Virus record (IMG/VR): IMGVR_UViG_3300014877_000003
Location: 1 to 36,425 of that record
Length of the DNA: 36,425 nucleotides
Strand: one strand, 5' to 3'
Source: a virus
Lineage: Duplodnaviria > Caudoviricetes
Numbering within the stretch: position 1 is the first letter of the stretch; every line of letters starts with the position of its first letter. The position numbers were made by a program, and so were the translations under genes. Under the pieces are notes generated by a model that was not told the DNA's origin, did not search any database, and saw nothing but the letters and a program-made list of their open reading frames with translations. This document shows positions 33,816 through 36,425 of this stretch, piece by piece.

Positions 33816-34205
33816 ATGCGATTACGCGATTTTGAATACCGGTTCGAAGAGACACTTAAAGCAAACAAGCTTGAGTTCACCATCAAGACGACAACGGAAG
33901 CCGTCATTGGCATCACCTGGACGTGGAAAACCTATTCCATCAAACCACGTAGTAGCTTCGATCTCCCGCTGCTCGTAACCTTGTGCAAGTGCTACCGTGA
34001 GGGGAGCGCCTACGCTCGCCGCCGCGCCCGGACCTCGTGCTCCTGCTTCGTTGTCCCGCCCCACGGGCTAGGCGACAAAAGCCGTCCACGGGCTGAACGC
34101 CGTGTGGCGCTTCATCCGCCTAATGTGCCTCCCGCTGTAATCGGGCCTGAGATATGCTTTGATGAGACTGAAGAAAATAGTGCAAGAATAGATTGGACAG
34201 ACTGA
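33816..34205 (+). CDS. Hypothetical protein
   Basis: ATG behind leader motif A; 3' end runs into the next promoter region and is doubtful. Confidence 0.55.
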   Translation: MRLRDFEYRFEETLKANKLEFTIKTTTEAVIGITWTWKTYSIKPRSSFDLPLLVTLCKCYREGSAYARRRARTSCSCFVVPPHGLGDKSRPRAERRVALHPPNVPPAVIGPEICFDETEENSARIDWTD

Positions 34206-34228
34206 ACATATAAATAGATATAAACGTT

Positions 34229-35005
34229 ATGAATTTGGTTTACCTTAGAGTCGGAGATGTGATCGCAAGCGGCGGCGCGGAGTGGGTGGTAGAGATGGTG
34301 AACGACTGCCGGGCCCGGTGCCGCTGCCTCTCCCGCAAGATGCGGACGGTGCGGGACCGCATACACGACGTCACCCGGACGTTCGCCGGCACGGCGGAGA
34401 CGATAAACATTACTTCGCGCCTGGAGCCTGACATGGTGCTCCGGCATGACAAGAGTTTAGTGAACACAAACAAAAACAAAGCAACAACGGAAGAACAAAA
34501 CATGAAAGACAAAGCAACATCGACCAAAACGGACAGCAAGAAAACTGAAACCACCCACACCGGCCTCCTGGGTGGAATCTTCGGGCACTCTGTGACCAGC
34601 GTGCTCCGCCGCCTCGGCAAAGAGGGTGTAGCCACTGCCCACGCGCGGGAGATCATGAAGGCCCAGGACGTGGAAACCTCCGACATCACTGTGAGCATTC
34701 AGGTCAACGCTGGCCGGCGTGGCAAGGGTGGCCCGCCCGCAGACTTGACGGCCGCACAGATCAAACAGCTCGTCTCCAGCGCCAAGGCTCCGGAGAAAGC
34801 GGAACCCGCTGCCAAACCCGCGAAGAAGGGTGGCAAAGGCGCCGCGGCGAAGGGTGGCAAAGGCGCCGCGGCGAAGGGTGGCAAAGGCGCCGCTGCCAAG
34901 CCGGCCGCCAAGAAGAACGGGAAGAAGCCGGCTGCGAAGTCTGTCCCGACGGACGAGCCCTCCACAACCGACGCCGACGAAGAAGTGGTAGACGCGGGCG
35001 AGTAA
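34229..35005 (+). CDS. Protein with histone H1-like Lys/Ala/Gly-rich tail (probable internal start 34502)
   Basis: PAAKPAKK(GGKGAAAK)x3PAAKKNGKKPAAK plus acidic end; A-rich leader before ATG 34502. Confidence 0.75.
   Translation: MNLVYLRVGDVIASGGAEWVVEMVNDCRARCRCLSRKMRTVRDRIHDVTRTFAGTAETINITSRLEPDMVLRHDKSLVNTNKNKATTEEQNMKDKATSTKTDSKKTETTHTGLLGGIFGHSVTSVLRRLGKEGVATAHAREIMKAQDVETSDITVSIQVNAGRRGKGGPPADLTAAQIKQLVSSAKAPEKAEPAAKPAKKGGKGAAAKGGKGAAAKGGKGAAAKPAAKKNGKKPAAKSVPTDEPSTTDADEEVVDAGE
34825..34896 (+). repeat. 24-bp coding tandem repeat x3
   Basis: gaagggtggcaaaggcgccgcggc twice exact, third copy with one change. Confidence 0.95.
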
Positions 35006-35027
35006 GCTCCGCTCCAACCCTACCAAC

Positions 35028-35058
35028 GCCCTGGGCTCAAACCCCAGGGCTTTTTTTT
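35028..35058 (+). terminator. Rho-independent terminator
   Basis: gccctggg-7nt-cccagggc followed by T8. Confidence 0.92.
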
Positions 35059-35095
35059 GCTTGCATCTCGTCCGCGGGTCCCGTGAGTATATGTG

Positions 35096-35218
35096 TAAGC
35101 AAAGTTAAGTGAATCGAATGGCCTAAGGAATTTACCGCCGGACCGGGCGTGGAAGATGTTCTAGGGGCCATCCCGATAACTTTGCTACTTCCCGCAGGGT
35201 CCGGCGGTGTTTTGCTTA
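35096..35218 (+). ncRNA. Candidate structured 5' leader of the replication initiator
   Basis: taagcaaa/tttgctta, accgccggacc/ggtccggcggt and gcg(t)ggaag/cttcccgc nested stems. Confidence 0.55.
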
Positions 35219-35225
35219 GCAACTT

Positions 35226-36194
35226 ATGGGATTCATTATTCATAGAAGTCCGGGCAGCATAGCAGCAGAAGAAAAATACTTCGACAAGCTGGCGGCCGAG
35301 AACACGAGGGCACAAGTGATGGAAGCCTACGCGGATGATGAAGTGGTCCACAAAGATGGGTATGCACGCGGGTGGTATTTCCCTGTCTCTATCATCCGGC
35401 TCGTAATCGAGGAGCACACCCTCACCGGCGAGGACTTAGTTCTCCTCGGGATCATTAACATGATGCAGGACCCCAAGAAGCAAGGGTGTTGGGCGAGTTC
35501 CGAATGGATAGCACGAAGGTGGGGACGCACCGCCCGCCACGTCCAGCGCCGGCTCCCCGTGCTCCTGGAGCTTGGCCTTGTCCGTTCCTTCCAGCTGAAG
35601 GACGGGCATCGGCTCCGCCGTATCCTCCAAGTGACCTGGGCGGGGGACAACTACGATGGCACACCAATGGCCATACGGCAGCGTTCATCAACGACCACAC
35701 GGACCGAAAGGGCCAAAAACAACGGCCCAAAACAGCCGAGGAATAGGGAAGTAAGGGAAACTGGCGGCGCCGCTGGCGCGGCCAGGTGTGATTTAGTTTT
35801 TTCAGATGGCAACTTCCCCTCCACTAAAGCGGGCACGCTTTGCACCCACTTCGAGAGGTTCATCAAGCGCCACAAGCTCCACAAGGGCGTAGATAGACGC
35901 ACGGGCAAGGAATACGATATCAAAATAAATCACTCCACCTGGCTGCAAGCTTGCGCCACCCTGTTAAACGTCTACAGTCCCTCCTCCATTAAAGAAGTGA
36001 TGGACTGGTATTTCGAGCACCACGGTGAAAAGTATGTCCCCAAGTGCGGGTCCTTTATGAGCTTCGCGGAGAAATACAGACAGATCAAAGAGGCTGCGGC
36101 CCGTGACGGTGTGGGCTCCACCTCGGAACAGGAGGAACGGGACGCACAGGACAAAGCCGATGTGGAACGCCAGCGCCTAGTCCAATACTATTAA
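35226..36194 (+). CDS. Replication initiator / replisome organiser-like HTH protein
   Basis: LVLLGII...GCWASSEWIARRWGRTARHVQRRLPVLLELGLV winged-HTH; helical C-terminal domain; precedes helicase. Confidence 0.75.
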   Translation: MGFIIHRSPGSIAAEEKYFDKLAAENTRAQVMEAYADDEVVHKDGYARGWYFPVSIIRLVIEEHTLTGEDLVLLGIINMMQDPKKQGCWASSEWIARRWGRTARHVQRRLPVLLELGLVRSFQLKDGHRLRRILQVTWAGDNYDGTPMAIRQRSSTTTRTERAKNNGPKQPRNREVRETGGAAGAARCDLVFSDGNFPSTKAGTLCTHFERFIKRHKLHKGVDRRTGKEYDIKINHSTWLQACATLLNVYSPSSIKEVMDWYFEHHGEKYVPKCGSFMSFAEKYRQIKEAAARDGVGSTSEQEERDAQDKADVERQRLVQYY

Positions 36195-36195
36195 C

Positions 36196-36425
36196 ATGGA
36201 GATCAAGAAATTCAAATCGCGGGAGGAGCAAACCGTCCTAGCGGCCTTGATCACCCACGACGGGGTCCTGGGTGCCGTGGCGCTCGCCCTCGGTTCCGTG
36301 GACGACCCGTTCCCTAACCGCTGGAGCAATGAAATTGCCAAGTGGTGCTTCCACTACCATGCCAAATATCAGAAGGCGCCGGGCAAGCACATTCAGCAGC
36401 TATTCCTAAAGTGGGCCCAGCATGC
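36196..36425 (+). CDS. Probable replicative (DnaB-like) helicase, N-terminus only
   Basis: MEIKKFKSREEQTVLAALITHD...F.NRWSNEIAKWCFHYHAKYQKAP open to the window edge; synteny after initiator. Confidence 0.55.
   Translation, partial: MEIKKFKSREEQTVLAALITHDGVLGAVALALGSVDDPFPNRWSNEIAKWCFHYHAKYQKAPGKHIQQLFLKWAQH

Noticed and set aside
34825-34896. CRISPR-like or iteron array
   Set aside because: Contiguous in-frame 24-bp units with no spacers; a coding repeat. No CRISPR array seen in the window
1-36425. Stop-codon reassignment, tRNA genes, integrase/transposase, reverse transcriptase or DGR
   Set aside because: TAA, TAG and TGA all end well-defined genes; no tRNA cloverleaf, recombinase, transposase or RT motifs noticed by eye

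Overview
Part of a tailed dsDNA phage genome (siphovirus-like: tail tube, G/GT chaperone and TP901-type tape measure, no sheath). Bases 1-33.6 kb are coded almost entirely on the minus strand. In transcription order: small early-type genes, DUF2786, a sigma-like factor, SNF2 helicase, RHH protein, primase, probable terS, an orphan queC, a second block of small genes, terL, thyX, DUF1073 portal, MuF, an 8-gene glycosyltransferase/methyltransferase island, secreted and membrane proteins, DUF2213 protease/scaffold, decoration protein, encapsulin-like major capsid, head-tail genes (one Maf/GT42-like enzyme inserted), tail tube, chaperones and tape measure. From 33.8 kb the plus strand carries an H1-like protein, a replication initiator and the start of a probable DnaB-like helicase. 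The best candidate for a new system is a multi-enzyme glycan assembly line (GT11, GT2, GT2/7, GT34, GT29, Maf-like, two methyltransferases) inside the virion morphogenesis region, possibly building a glycan coat on the virion. Also seen: a complete -1 frameshift cassette, three structured RNA candidates, two repeated leader motifs, an operator-like palindrome, a C2H2 zinc-finger microprotein coupled to terL and nested internal starts. All family calls come from recognising motifs by eye; no database search was run. The host (possibly Verrucomicrobiota) is only inferred.
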